A DNA stretch of 64,000 nt from a virus (lineage: Duplodnaviria; Caudoviricetes). The translations under genes and the position numbers were made by a program. The notes beneath the pieces were generated by a model. That model was not told the DNA's origin. It saw nothing but the letters and a program-made list of their open reading frames with translations, and did not search any database. The number at the start of each line of letters is the position of its first letter. The stretch's first letter is position 1. This document shows positions 36,426 through 45,158 of the stretch, in pieces. The stretch is taken from positions 1,945 to 65,944 of the IMG/VR virus record IMGVR_UViG_3300030419_004766; one strand, 5' to 3'.

Positions 36426-38345
36426 ATGCCAATTTGGACGCCGCTACACTTGCACACCCATTACAGTTTATTGGACGGTCTCTCAAAGCCCTCACAGGTC
36501 GCAGAACGCTGCTCGAACCTTGGGTACGATGCATGCGCCGTGACTGACCACGGGACGATCTCAGGGGCCGTTTCGTTCGTCAGGGCGATGAAAGCAAAAA
36601 ACATAAAGCCTATCCTTGGGTGTGAATTTTATTTGTGTGATCAAGACCCCTGCGTAAAAGACAAGAGTAATAGGCAGCTAAGCCATCTAGTAGTTCTGGC
36701 TAAAAATTTAAATGGTTGGAAAAAGTTGATAGAAGCAACTTCAGCCAGCAATGACGAAGAAGTCTTTTATCACAAACCGCGATTGGATCTCAATACTCTT
36801 GCTGAATACTGTGACGGAGATCTTATCAGTTTTTCTGGCCACATAGGGAGCCAGCTTGCAGATATTATATTCTCTGATAAAAAGTCTGCATATGGAGCAT
36901 CCACCTATGAAGAAGCCAAACAGTGCATAGACACAGACTGGCTTAACAAAACCACTCTGCTGGCTGAAAAATATAGAGATATTTTCGGCAACGGCAATTT
37001 CTTTTTAGAAATACAACTGATAGATCAAGATCAGTGTCCCGCTCAAAGAATTACTGCTGAAGCATTAAGGTATATCAGCAAGAAAACTGGAATACCGTGT
37101 GTTGCCACAGCAGATTCTCACTATTGCTCTTCCGAGGACGCTCCAGACCAGAGGGTTCTTCTATGCTCTTCCATGAGAACAACACTGAAGAAAGTAGAAG
37201 AAAAACTTAACAATTCTGAAGATGTTGGATTAGGCGGATTCTTTTGTTCAAATAGATATCACATTCCGACAGAAGAAGAAATTCAACAGATAAATACAGA
37301 AGCAGAAATTCATAACACCAAAACAATAGCTGACATGTGCGAGGACTATAACATTTTGGGAACACCAATGCTTCCAAAATTCTCTTGTCCAGACAACATG
37401 GCGGAAGACGAATACTTAAGGGTTCTTTGCAGGAGGGGATGGCAAGATAAACTAGTTGCTTCTGGAAAAGTATCAGGAGATGATAGATCTGAGTTGTATG
37501 CTGAAAAAATAAAAGAAGAGCTTTCAGTCATACAAGAAGCAAATCTATCCGGTTATTTCCTCATAGTTCAAGATATAGTAAATCATGTAAGAGAGCAGGG
37601 ATGGTTGCCGGGTCCGGGTCGAGGATCAGCAGCAGGTTGCTTAATATCCCATCTGATTGGTATAACAGAAGTAGACCCAATAGAATATGGTTTAATTTTT
37701 GAGAGATTTTACAACGCTGGTAGAAATACTGGAGGGCATATATCCCTGCCAGATATCGACATTGATGTTCCTACCAACAAGAGAGAATCTGTAATTGAAT
37801 ACATGCGTCAAAAATATGGAAGAGACAATGTTGGCCAGATGGTTACACTTGGCCGCATGCAAGGTAGAACCTCTTTAAAAGAAGTGTTGCGGGTTCATGA
37901 TGCGTGCAGTTACGAAGAAATGAATCAAATAACCAAAAATATTCCATCAGAAGCAGAGATATCAGACCAACTACAAGAAATGGAAGACCCCTCTATTATT
38001 AGGTGGGCTTTGATTAATCAACCTGACAGGCTTAGAGACTGGTGTCGGATGGAAGATGATGGCAGTCTAAGTGGAGACTTATCAAAACTATTTGAACAGG
38101 CCATTCGATTAGAAGGAACATATAAATCGCAAGGCAAGCACGCTGCTGGAGTAGTAATTTCTTCCGAAAACTTAAGCGAAGTGTGTCCAATGGTTAGAGA
38201 AAAAAGAGGATCAGAAAAAATAGCGGGCTTGGAAATGCAAGATTTAGAAGCTATGGGTCATGTTAAATTCGATATTCTTGGAATCAGCTTTCTTGACAAA
38301 ATTATGGGAGTATCCAATCAACTATCTACCGGAATAATTAAATGA
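36426..38345 (+). CDS. dnaE: DNA polymerase III alpha, N-terminal half (PHP + palm)
   Basis: HLHTHYSLLDG, TDHG, GRGSAAG, PDIDID, HAAGVVI and KFDILG motifs; ends 20 aa after KFDILG. Confidence 0.92.
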   Translation: MPIWTPLHLHTHYSLLDGLSKPSQVAERCSNLGYDACAVTDHGTISGAVSFVRAMKAKNIKPILGCEFYLCDQDPCVKDKSNRQLSHLVVLAKNLNGWKKLIEATSASNDEEVFYHKPRLDLNTLAEYCDGDLISFSGHIGSQLADIIFSDKKSAYGASTYEEAKQCIDTDWLNKTTLLAEKYRDIFGNGNFFLEIQLIDQDQCPAQRITAEALRYISKKTGIPCVATADSHYCSSEDAPDQRVLLCSSMRTTLKKVEEKLNNSEDVGLGGFFCSNRYHIPTEEEIQQINTEAEIHNTKTIADMCEDYNILGTPMLPKFSCPDNMAEDEYLRVLCRRGWQDKLVASGKVSGDDRSELYAEKIKEELSVIQEANLSGYFLIVQDIVNHVREQGWLPGPGRGSAAGCLISHLIGITEVDPIEYGLIFERFYNAGRNTGGHISLPDIDIDVPTNKRESVIEYMRQKYGRDNVGQMVTLGRMQGRTSLKEVLRVHDACSYEEMNQITKNIPSEAEISDQLQEMEDPSIIRWALINQPDRLRDWCRMEDDGSLSGDLSKLFEQAIRLEGTYKSQGKHAAGVVISSENLSEVCPMVREKRGSEKIAGLEMQDLEAMGHVKFDILGISFLDKIMGVSNQLSTGIIK

Positions 38346-38569
38346 CTAAAACAGATATCTATAAAAAGGTTATTATAGATGGGTCGGCAGTAGAATGTAA
38401 CAGATTGTCTTTATGCTGTATTAACGACTATATGAAATTTTCATCAAATAGAAATATTAGATATCAAGTGGATTGTGATGATTACAGATTAAAATTTAGC
38501 GAATTGTATGATGACATCCATGTCGCTGTTGAAAAATACATAGAAATAAAAAGAAAACTGTACAAATGA
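38342..38569 (+). CDS. Hypothetical protein
   Basis: ATGA-coupled to both neighbours. Confidence 0.55.
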   Translation: MTKTDIYKKVIIDGSAVECNRLSLCCINDYMKFSSNRNIRYQVDCDDYRLKFSELYDDIHVAVEKYIEIKRKLYK

Positions 38570-39090
38570 GATTAGACCACATCGCTTACAGAGTTTCTGA
38601 CAGAAAAAAAACTTCCAACTTTCTCAACGGAATACTTAAATATAAAGTTGAGACTGAATTTGACATTGTTTTCGATGATGGGTCTAAAGCTGATTGTATT
38701 GCTATGATCCCAAAAGAAAAAATGGACAATGTTCCATCAATAGAAGCTGGAGGACACAGACATGTTGCTCCAGAAATATTCGTATCAGACGGAGATGAAA
38801 ATTCGATTGTTGGAAAGTGGGTTGCCGAAAGAGGTGGTGTCGGGGGAGTCCACCACTTTGCTTATCAAGTGTTTGGTATAGATCGTGTCGTAAAAGAGTG
38901 GAGAGAAGAAGGAGTAGAATTTCTCACAGAAGAAGTGATCGACTGTCCTGAAGACGATCTAAGACAAATCTTTACAAAACCCCTTCCAGAATTAGGCGGG
39001 GTAATTATAGAACTAATAGAGCGGGGCCACAAAGGGTTCTGCCAAAACTCAGTAAAAAATCTAATGGAATCTACAAAGGAAGCAAAATGA
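38566..39090 (+). CDS. VOC-family metalloenzyme resembling the HPPD C-terminal domain
   Basis: LDHIA, GGVHHFAY, LRQIFTKP and IELIER..KGF motifs. Confidence 0.7.
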   Translation: MRLDHIAYRVSDRKKTSNFLNGILKYKVETEFDIVFDDGSKADCIAMIPKEKMDNVPSIEAGGHRHVAPEIFVSDGDENSIVGKWVAERGGVGGVHHFAYQVFGIDRVVKEWREEGVEFLTEEVIDCPEDDLRQIFTKPLPELGGVIIELIERGHKGFCQNSVKNLMESTKEAK

Positions 39091-40577
39091 CAACATACCA
39101 AATAACAAAGGGAATGCATTATATTAATGGTCGATTCGTCGATGGGGACGAAGAAAACTTATTTGATAGCGTTAATCCTGCTACGGGAAAAATAGTTGGA
39201 GCATTTCCACAGGCTTCTAAAGAGGAAGTTGAAAATGCTTACAGTTCTGCTAGAGGAGCTTTGAGTGAGTGGAGAAATTTAAGTAGATTTCAACGCGGCG
39301 ATTATTTTCTCAGAGTAGCCAGCCTAATAGAAAATAATAAAGAAGATATTGCAGAAATTATTAGTCTAGAGACTGGTAAAGTTTTTAATGAGTCTATTGC
39401 GGAAGTCAACGAGGCTTTGCATATGGCTCAATACGCTTTTAGCACAGGAAGGATGCCTTATGGAGAAGCAATCGCGTCTGAGCTACCTGAAAAGGACGCT
39501 TTTATGCTCAGGAAGCCCAAGGGTGTTGTTGCTATTGTTGCTCCTTTTAACTTTCCTTTCGCTATTGGAGGCTTCTGGTGCGCTGCACCGGCTCTTGTCG
39601 AAGGTAATACCGTTATTTTAAAACCAAGCGAAGATGTTCCTTGGGTTGGGCAGATTACTGCGGAGCTTTATAGAGAAGCTGGTTTTCCACCGGGCGTGTT
39701 TAATATGATTCATGGTGATGGTATGGTTGGAAACAGCCTTATAAAACAAGATGTAGACCATATTTGCTTTACCGGAAGCGCTGATGTAGGAATGCATGTT
39801 CGTAAAGTGTGTGCTGAAAGCTGGCACAAAACTTGTTCTTGTGAAATGGGAAGTAAATCAGCAGTAATTATCCATGAAGACGCCAATTATGACCTAGCAA
39901 TGGCGGCGTGTCTTGCCAGCGCTTTCAAACTGTCTGGTCAACGCTGCGTGTCTGCCGGTCGGATGATTGTCCACCGATCTCTATATGATAGATTTGCACA
40001 AGATTTTGCTTCTCTTGCCGCTAACGCTGTAACAGGAGACCCGTTTGACGATAACACATTTTACGGAAGCCTAATTAACGAACCCCAACTCCAAAGGGTT
40101 GAAGGGTTTAACAAAATGGTAGAGGAAGACCCAGAAGCAGAAGTGTTGTTGATGGGAGAACGCTTGGAAGGCGATGGCCTATTCTTAACACCCACTGTGT
40201 ACAAGACTGAGTGGAGAGATGTCCCTTATCTCAAGCAGGAGGTATTTGGACCTCATGTCTCTATTATTCCTTACGACACAGTAGATGATGCTATTCGCAT
40301 TTATAATGATACAGACTATGGACTTTCACTAGGAGTAGTAACGGAGAACTTTAAAATTGCCAGACGTATCCGTAATGAGTGTGATTTTGGTCTTGGTTAT
40401 TGGAACGGTGGCAGCATTGCGGCTGAGAGCCATCTGGGATTCGGAGGAGTGAAGAAGTCTGGAAACGGACAACCTAGCGCAGCCCGAACCTTCAGATCTG
40501 TTACACATGAAGTAGCTTGGACTGTCAATCACGGCGACTCTCTAAACTTTCCACAAGGCATGAAGACCGGTAGCTAA
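39087..40577 (+). CDS. Aldehyde dehydrogenase (candidate P6C/aminoadipate-semialdehyde or P5C dehydrogenase)
   Basis: PFNFP, LKPSE, FTGS, EMGSK, GQRC and EVFGP motifs. Confidence 0.9.
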   Translation: MTTYQITKGMHYINGRFVDGDEENLFDSVNPATGKIVGAFPQASKEEVENAYSSARGALSEWRNLSRFQRGDYFLRVASLIENNKEDIAEIISLETGKVFNESIAEVNEALHMAQYAFSTGRMPYGEAIASELPEKDAFMLRKPKGVVAIVAPFNFPFAIGGFWCAAPALVEGNTVILKPSEDVPWVGQITAELYREAGFPPGVFNMIHGDGMVGNSLIKQDVDHICFTGSADVGMHVRKVCAESWHKTCSCEMGSKSAVIIHEDANYDLAMAACLASAFKLSGQRCVSAGRMIVHRSLYDRFAQDFASLAANAVTGDPFDDNTFYGSLINEPQLQRVEGFNKMVEEDPEAEVLLMGERLEGDGLFLTPTVYKTEWRDVPYLKQEVFGPHVSIIPYDTVDDAIRIYNDTDYGLSLGVVTENFKIARRIRNECDFGLGYWNGGSIAAESHLGFGGVKKSGNGQPSAARTFRSVTHEVAWTVNHGDSLNFPQGMKTGS

Positions 40578-41377
40578 TGACCGATTTGTTGGTATGCAAT
40601 CCTGCATATTTTAACATAGACTACGAAATAAACCCTTGGATGGACATCGGAAACGATGTTGATCCCAGCTTAGCTTCTAGGCAATGGGAGAAGATGTGCT
40701 CTAGTCTAACTTTGATAGGAGCAAATTTAAAATATATTAAACCTATGTATGGATATCCAGACATGGTCTTTACGGCTAATGCTGGATTGGTACATGGCAA
40801 CACAATTATTCTCTCAAACTTCAAACACGGCGAACGCAGGGGCGAGAAAGCCTTTTTTAAAGATTGGTTTCTTAAAAATGGCTACAGGGTAGTAGAATTG
40901 CCAGACTCTATCTGCTTTGAAGGAGAGGGGGATGCCCTATTTTTTGAAGACACCCTGTTTATGGGATACGGTTTTAGAACCGATCTTGCATGCCATTCTA
41001 TTATATCTAAAGCTCTTGGCGTAGAAGTTATATCATGCGAATTAGTTGATCCAAGATTCTACCATTTAGACACATGCTTCCTCCCCATAAAAAACAGAAT
41101 TGTATATTACAGAGAGGCTTTTTCTCAAAGAAGCCAAGAAATCATGTTAAGAAAACTGGTTGATATTGGTAATGATACCGGAGAGCTTGACGTATTGAAC
41201 ATACACGAAGACCAAGCTAAAGACTTTCTCTGCAATAGTATAGAGGTAAACAATAAGATTCTCAGCCCATCAGACATGTTCTCACTGTCTTTTTCTGGCA
41301 GGGAAACTTTTACTTGTGATATGTCAGAGTTTATGAAGTCTGGAGGAGCCATCAAATGTCTAACTCTGAGGCTATAA
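40577..41377 (+). CDS. Amidinotransferase-superfamily enzyme, ArgZ/AgrE arginine-dihydrolase-like
   Basis: YEINPWM, PDMVFTANAGLV, FEGEGD, YHLDT and GGAIKCLTL motifs. Confidence 0.82.
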   Translation: MTDLLVCNPAYFNIDYEINPWMDIGNDVDPSLASRQWEKMCSSLTLIGANLKYIKPMYGYPDMVFTANAGLVHGNTIILSNFKHGERRGEKAFFKDWFLKNGYRVVELPDSICFEGEGDALFFEDTLFMGYGFRTDLACHSIISKALGVEVISCELVDPRFYHLDTCFLPIKNRIVYYREAFSQRSQEIMLRKLVDIGNDTGELDVLNIHEDQAKDFLCNSIEVNNKILSPSDMFSLSFSGRETFTCDMSEFMKSGGAIKCLTLRL

Positions 41378-42564
41378 GCACATTAAAAAAATACATCCTC
41401 GTTGACGGATTTCATGTTGTAGTAGACACAGCAAAGAGTATGGGTAGTTGGATTGTAGATGCAGATACAGGCAATAGATACTTGGATTGCTACTCTCAAT
41501 TTGCCAGTCAAGCGTTGGGTTGGAAAGACCCCGCTATGATATCCGCGCAAAAGGAGATGGGTCGCGCTGGCATGACAAAGATTGCTAACAGCGATATGTA
41601 CTCAGAAGAATACGCAAGGTTTGTTGAAAGCTTTACGTCCATCACTCCTGATTTTGAACATTATTTTTTTATTGATGGCGGGGCTTTAGCAGTAGAGAAC
41701 GCTCTAAAAGCTGCATTTGATTGGAAGGCTCAAAAACTGGGTTATAGCCACATTGTTGATATCAACAATCTAGACATCTTCCATCTCAAGAACGCATTTC
41801 ACGGGCGAACAGGATATACCCTTTCTCTCACTAACACTACTCCCGAAAAAACCGCGCTTTTTCCCAAGTTCAGATGGACTACCGTAGAGCCTGACTGCGA
41901 AGATATTGAAGCTCGGATACATGATGAGGTTGCTGCCATTATCGTGGAACCCATCCAAGGAGAAGGTGGAGACAACCACTTCCCGCAAGAGTTTTTCAAA
42001 AATTTAAGACGCATAGCAGATGAACACGATAGCCTTCTCATATTTGACGAAGTGCAAACAGGCATGGGGCTGACTGGAAAGATGTGGGCTTATGAACATT
42101 TCGACGTTGTACCAGACATGATGTGCTTCGGCAAGAAGACTCAAGTTTGCGGAGTATGTTCCACAAACAGAATAGACGAGGTAGAGAGCAATGTTTTTAC
42201 TACTTCCGGTCGTATTAATTCTACTTGGGGTGGCAATATTGTGGACATGGTTAGATCGAGACACATAATAGATGCTATTCAACAGCGAGATTTAGTACAA
42301 AACGCATCGCAAGTCGGTCAAGATCTTCTTAGACAATTGAGAAAACTTCCAGTAATAGACAATGTTCGTGGTAGAGGTCTTATGATTGCATTTGACTTGC
42401 CGGATGAGCAAATGCGAGACGGGATGATGTCACTTCTACAAGAGAACATGCTTGCTCTTAAGTCTGGCAATCGTTCAATTAGGCTAAGACCACCGCTGAC
42501 ATTTTCTTTCGAGGATGCGGAGTCGGCAAAGAACTTCATCTATGAGGCCATTACAAAACTATGA
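41356..42564 (+). CDS. lat: L-lysine 6-aminotransferase (class III PLP)
   Basis: GGALAVENALKAAFDWK, AFHGRTGYTLSLTNT, DEVQTG, FGKKTQVCG and STWGGN match mycobacterial/streptomycete LAT. Confidence 0.88.
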   Translation: MSNSEAISTLKKYILVDGFHVVVDTAKSMGSWIVDADTGNRYLDCYSQFASQALGWKDPAMISAQKEMGRAGMTKIANSDMYSEEYARFVESFTSITPDFEHYFFIDGGALAVENALKAAFDWKAQKLGYSHIVDINNLDIFHLKNAFHGRTGYTLSLTNTTPEKTALFPKFRWTTVEPDCEDIEARIHDEVAAIIVEPIQGEGGDNHFPQEFFKNLRRIADEHDSLLIFDEVQTGMGLTGKMWAYEHFDVVPDMMCFGKKTQVCGVCSTNRIDEVESNVFTTSGRINSTWGGNIVDMVRSRHIIDAIQQRDLVQNASQVGQDLLRQLRKLPVIDNVRGRGLMIAFDLPDEQMRDGMMSLLQENMLALKSGNRSIRLRPPLTFSFEDAESAKNFIYEAITKL

Positions 42565-43400
42565 AAATAAGAAACGTAGGGATAATAGGGCAAGGCTTTG
42601 TTGGGACAGCCTTAAGAGAAGTGTTCTCGTGTTACAACAAAGTGTATACTTACGATAAAGCTCATAAAGATCTTTCAACACACAAAGGAATATCCGATCT
42701 ATCATACTCTTGCGATGTGGTTTTTGTTTGTGTTCCAACACCAATGAAGCCAGACGGATCATGCGACACATCAATTGTTGAGGCTGTTTGTTTAGAGGCT
42801 TGCAGAACTGGAAGACAAAATATCATTGTCATCAAGTCTACAGTGCCTCCGGGGACCACCAAAAAAATCAACGAACAGTGTGTTAACTCCCAAGTGGTCT
42901 TTAATCCTGAGTTTCTTTTGGAAAGAAATGCAACTGAAGACTTTCGCAATACCACCCGTGTTATTCTAGGTGGACCCAGACCAGCGACAACTAGATTAAA
43001 ATGGTTTTACGCAAACGTTTTCCCCAAAGCTTCCATTGTGAAGACAGATTCAACTATAGCGGAATACGTGAAATATCTTACCAACTGCTTCTTATCTGTG
43101 AAAGTTTCTCTAGCCAACGAAATCTCGTCGATGTGTGAGGCAGACGGGGTTGACTACGACAAGGTGGTCGAATATGCTATATACGACAACCGGCTGGGGA
43201 ATTCTCATTGGTCGGTTCCCGGCCCAGATGGCAGTCTGGGATTCGGAGGAAGTTGTTTTCCAAAAGATCTCAACGCTTTAATACAACACGCAATAAGCAT
43301 TGGTGTGCCGCCCAATACTATGGTAGGGGCTTGGAATACCAACTTAACGGTAAGACCAGAAAAAGATTGGGAACAGCTTAAAGGGAGGGCTGTACAATGA
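42561..43400 (+). CDS. ugd: UDP-glucose/GDP-mannose dehydrogenase family (short form)
   Basis: GQGFVG, VCVPTP, IKSTVPPGT, FNPEFL and GFGGSCFPKD motifs. Confidence 0.85.
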   Translation: MKIRNVGIIGQGFVGTALREVFSCYNKVYTYDKAHKDLSTHKGISDLSYSCDVVFVCVPTPMKPDGSCDTSIVEAVCLEACRTGRQNIIVIKSTVPPGTTKKINEQCVNSQVVFNPEFLLERNATEDFRNTTRVILGGPRPATTRLKWFYANVFPKASIVKTDSTIAEYVKYLTNCFLSVKVSLANEISSMCEADGVDYDKVVEYAIYDNRLGNSHWSVPGPDGSLGFGGSCFPKDLNALIQHAISIGVPPNTMVGAWNTNLTVRPEKDWEQLKGRAVQ

Positions 43401-44491
43401 GAGCTATGATCTTTGGGGCTGGAAGAATGGGCCAACCCACAGCTTGGGCGATGGAGAAACTAGGCTATGAAATAGATCTAGTAGACCAATCCGAAGAGGC
43501 TTTAAAAAAGTGTTCGAGTATTTTAGACCAGTCACCAACCACACATTTGCTTAAAGACATCACCAGAGCAATTGTTAGACCGTATCCTGACGTTGTTATA
43601 TCTGCTCTACCATATCATCAAAATGAAATTATTGCAAACTACTGTATTAAGAATGGAGTTAGATATTGCGATTTGGGAGGCAACGAGGAGACAAGCCAAA
43701 GGATAAATGAGTTTGCCAAGAAGAGGGGTAGTAAACCCATAATGACTGACTTGGGTCTTGCGCCGGGATTGGTAAATATCATAACTGAAAACTTGTACAA
43801 ACAGATAGCATCAGAAGAAGAAAAGAACCCAGAGCGAGTCCTGATGATGGTAGGCGGTCTACCCAAACACGCTGACAAAGAAGACCACTTCAATTATTTG
43901 TGTAGTTGGTCTGTAGACGGACTTATTAATGAATACACAGAGCCAACAACTGTGTTAGACCAAGGAGTCCTCACCAGTGTCAACGCTTTGGATGGACACC
44001 AAGTGGTTTCAACCCAAAGCCTAGGCATGCTGGAAGCTTTTTATACTAGTGGCGGGCTATCGCACAGCCTTAATAGTCTGAAAGATTCAGGAGCCTCTAA
44101 CGTAGCTTACAAAACTCTTAGATGGCCGGGACATTTCAGGACTATAAAATTACTTATTGATAAATGCGACCTTGATAGAGAAACATTGAAAAATATTTTT
44201 ATAAAAAATTGCACCATGAAAAGTGAAGAGGATTGTGTTCTAATATATATAGCAATAGATGAAAAAATTCAGGAGATGCTAGTACCTCCTGATCAAAATT
44301 TTTCCGCCATGCAGCGTTGTACTGGGTATGGTGTTGCTTGTGCCGCCTCCTTAATAGGAGAGGGAGTTTATGACAAAGAATTTTCTCGCCAGCCGATCAA
44401 GCATGGAGATATCATCTTTGAAGATTTCAATAGCAAAATGGACGCTTTAGTAGTTGAAGACACGAAGGATTCTAACGATGAATTACAATGA
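43397..44491 (+). CDS. Saccharopine dehydrogenase / lysine 6-dehydrogenase family
   Basis: GAGRMG, YCDLGG, GLAPG, VGGLP, WSVDGLINEY, LEAFYTSGG and YKTLRWPGH motifs. Confidence 0.87.
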   Translation: MRAMIFGAGRMGQPTAWAMEKLGYEIDLVDQSEEALKKCSSILDQSPTTHLLKDITRAIVRPYPDVVISALPYHQNEIIANYCIKNGVRYCDLGGNEETSQRINEFAKKRGSKPIMTDLGLAPGLVNIITENLYKQIASEEEKNPERVLMMVGGLPKHADKEDHFNYLCSWSVDGLINEYTEPTTVLDQGVLTSVNALDGHQVVSTQSLGMLEAFYTSGGLSHSLNSLKDSGASNVAYKTLRWPGHFRTIKLLIDKCDLDRETLKNIFIKNCTMKSEEDCVLIYIAIDEKIQEMLVPPDQNFSAMQRCTGYGVACAASLIGEGVYDKEFSRQPIKHGDIIFEDFNSKMDALVVEDTKDSNDELQ

Positions 44492-45158
44492 TATTTGCGT
44501 TTTTGATTTTGAAACTGGAAGTAGAAATCCACACACAACACAGCCTATACAAATAGCAGCCGTTATGATACACGGTCGCAAGCTAACAGTACAGCCCAGC
44601 GGATATTTCGAATCTCTCATTAAACCCCTAGATGATGAAAAAGCTATTGCTTCTGGGGTAGACCCATTGGAAGATGAAGCCCTAGCAGTTAATGGCAAAA
44701 CCAAAGCAGAATTAGCGAAGGCCCCGCATTTAAAAACTGTTTGGGAAAGATTCACTAAGTTTGTAGAAAAGTTTAACTACAAAAAGGGGTCTTGGACGGC
44801 TCCAATTCCCGCTGGTCACAATATAAACAATTTTGACATGATCATCGTAAAGCGTTTATGTCAAGAATACGGGCCATTGGACAAAAAGAGAAATCAACAG
44901 GGGGTATTTCATGCTATCCACAGCATGGATTTAATGAACAATGTTTTTATGTGGACTGAAAACAATCCTGATATACGAAGCGTTAGTATGGATTCTATTA
45001 GGGACTGGATGGGAATCCCTAAAGATAATGCTCACGACGCTTTGCAAGACGTGAAGGATACAGCGTCAGTTCTCATAAAGTTTCTTAAACTATACAGACA
45101 CTTTGCTCCAAAGGTCATGTTCGAGAAGGCTCTTGCGGATGAAAAATTACGAATTTGA
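44478..45158 (+). CDS. DEDDh 3'-5' exonuclease (DnaQ/epsilon-like)
   Basis: DFETG, HNINNFD and HDALQD motifs; likely start at ATG 44478. Confidence 0.85.
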   Translation: MNYNDICVFDFETGSRNPHTTQPIQIAAVMIHGRKLTVQPSGYFESLIKPLDDEKAIASGVDPLEDEALAVNGKTKAELAKAPHLKTVWERFTKFVEKFNYKKGSWTAPIPAGHNINNFDMIIVKRLCQEYGPLDKKRNQQGVFHAIHSMDLMNNVFMWTENNPDIRSVSMDSIRDWMGIPKDNAHDALQDVKDTASVLIKFLKLYRHFAPKVMFEKALADEKLRI

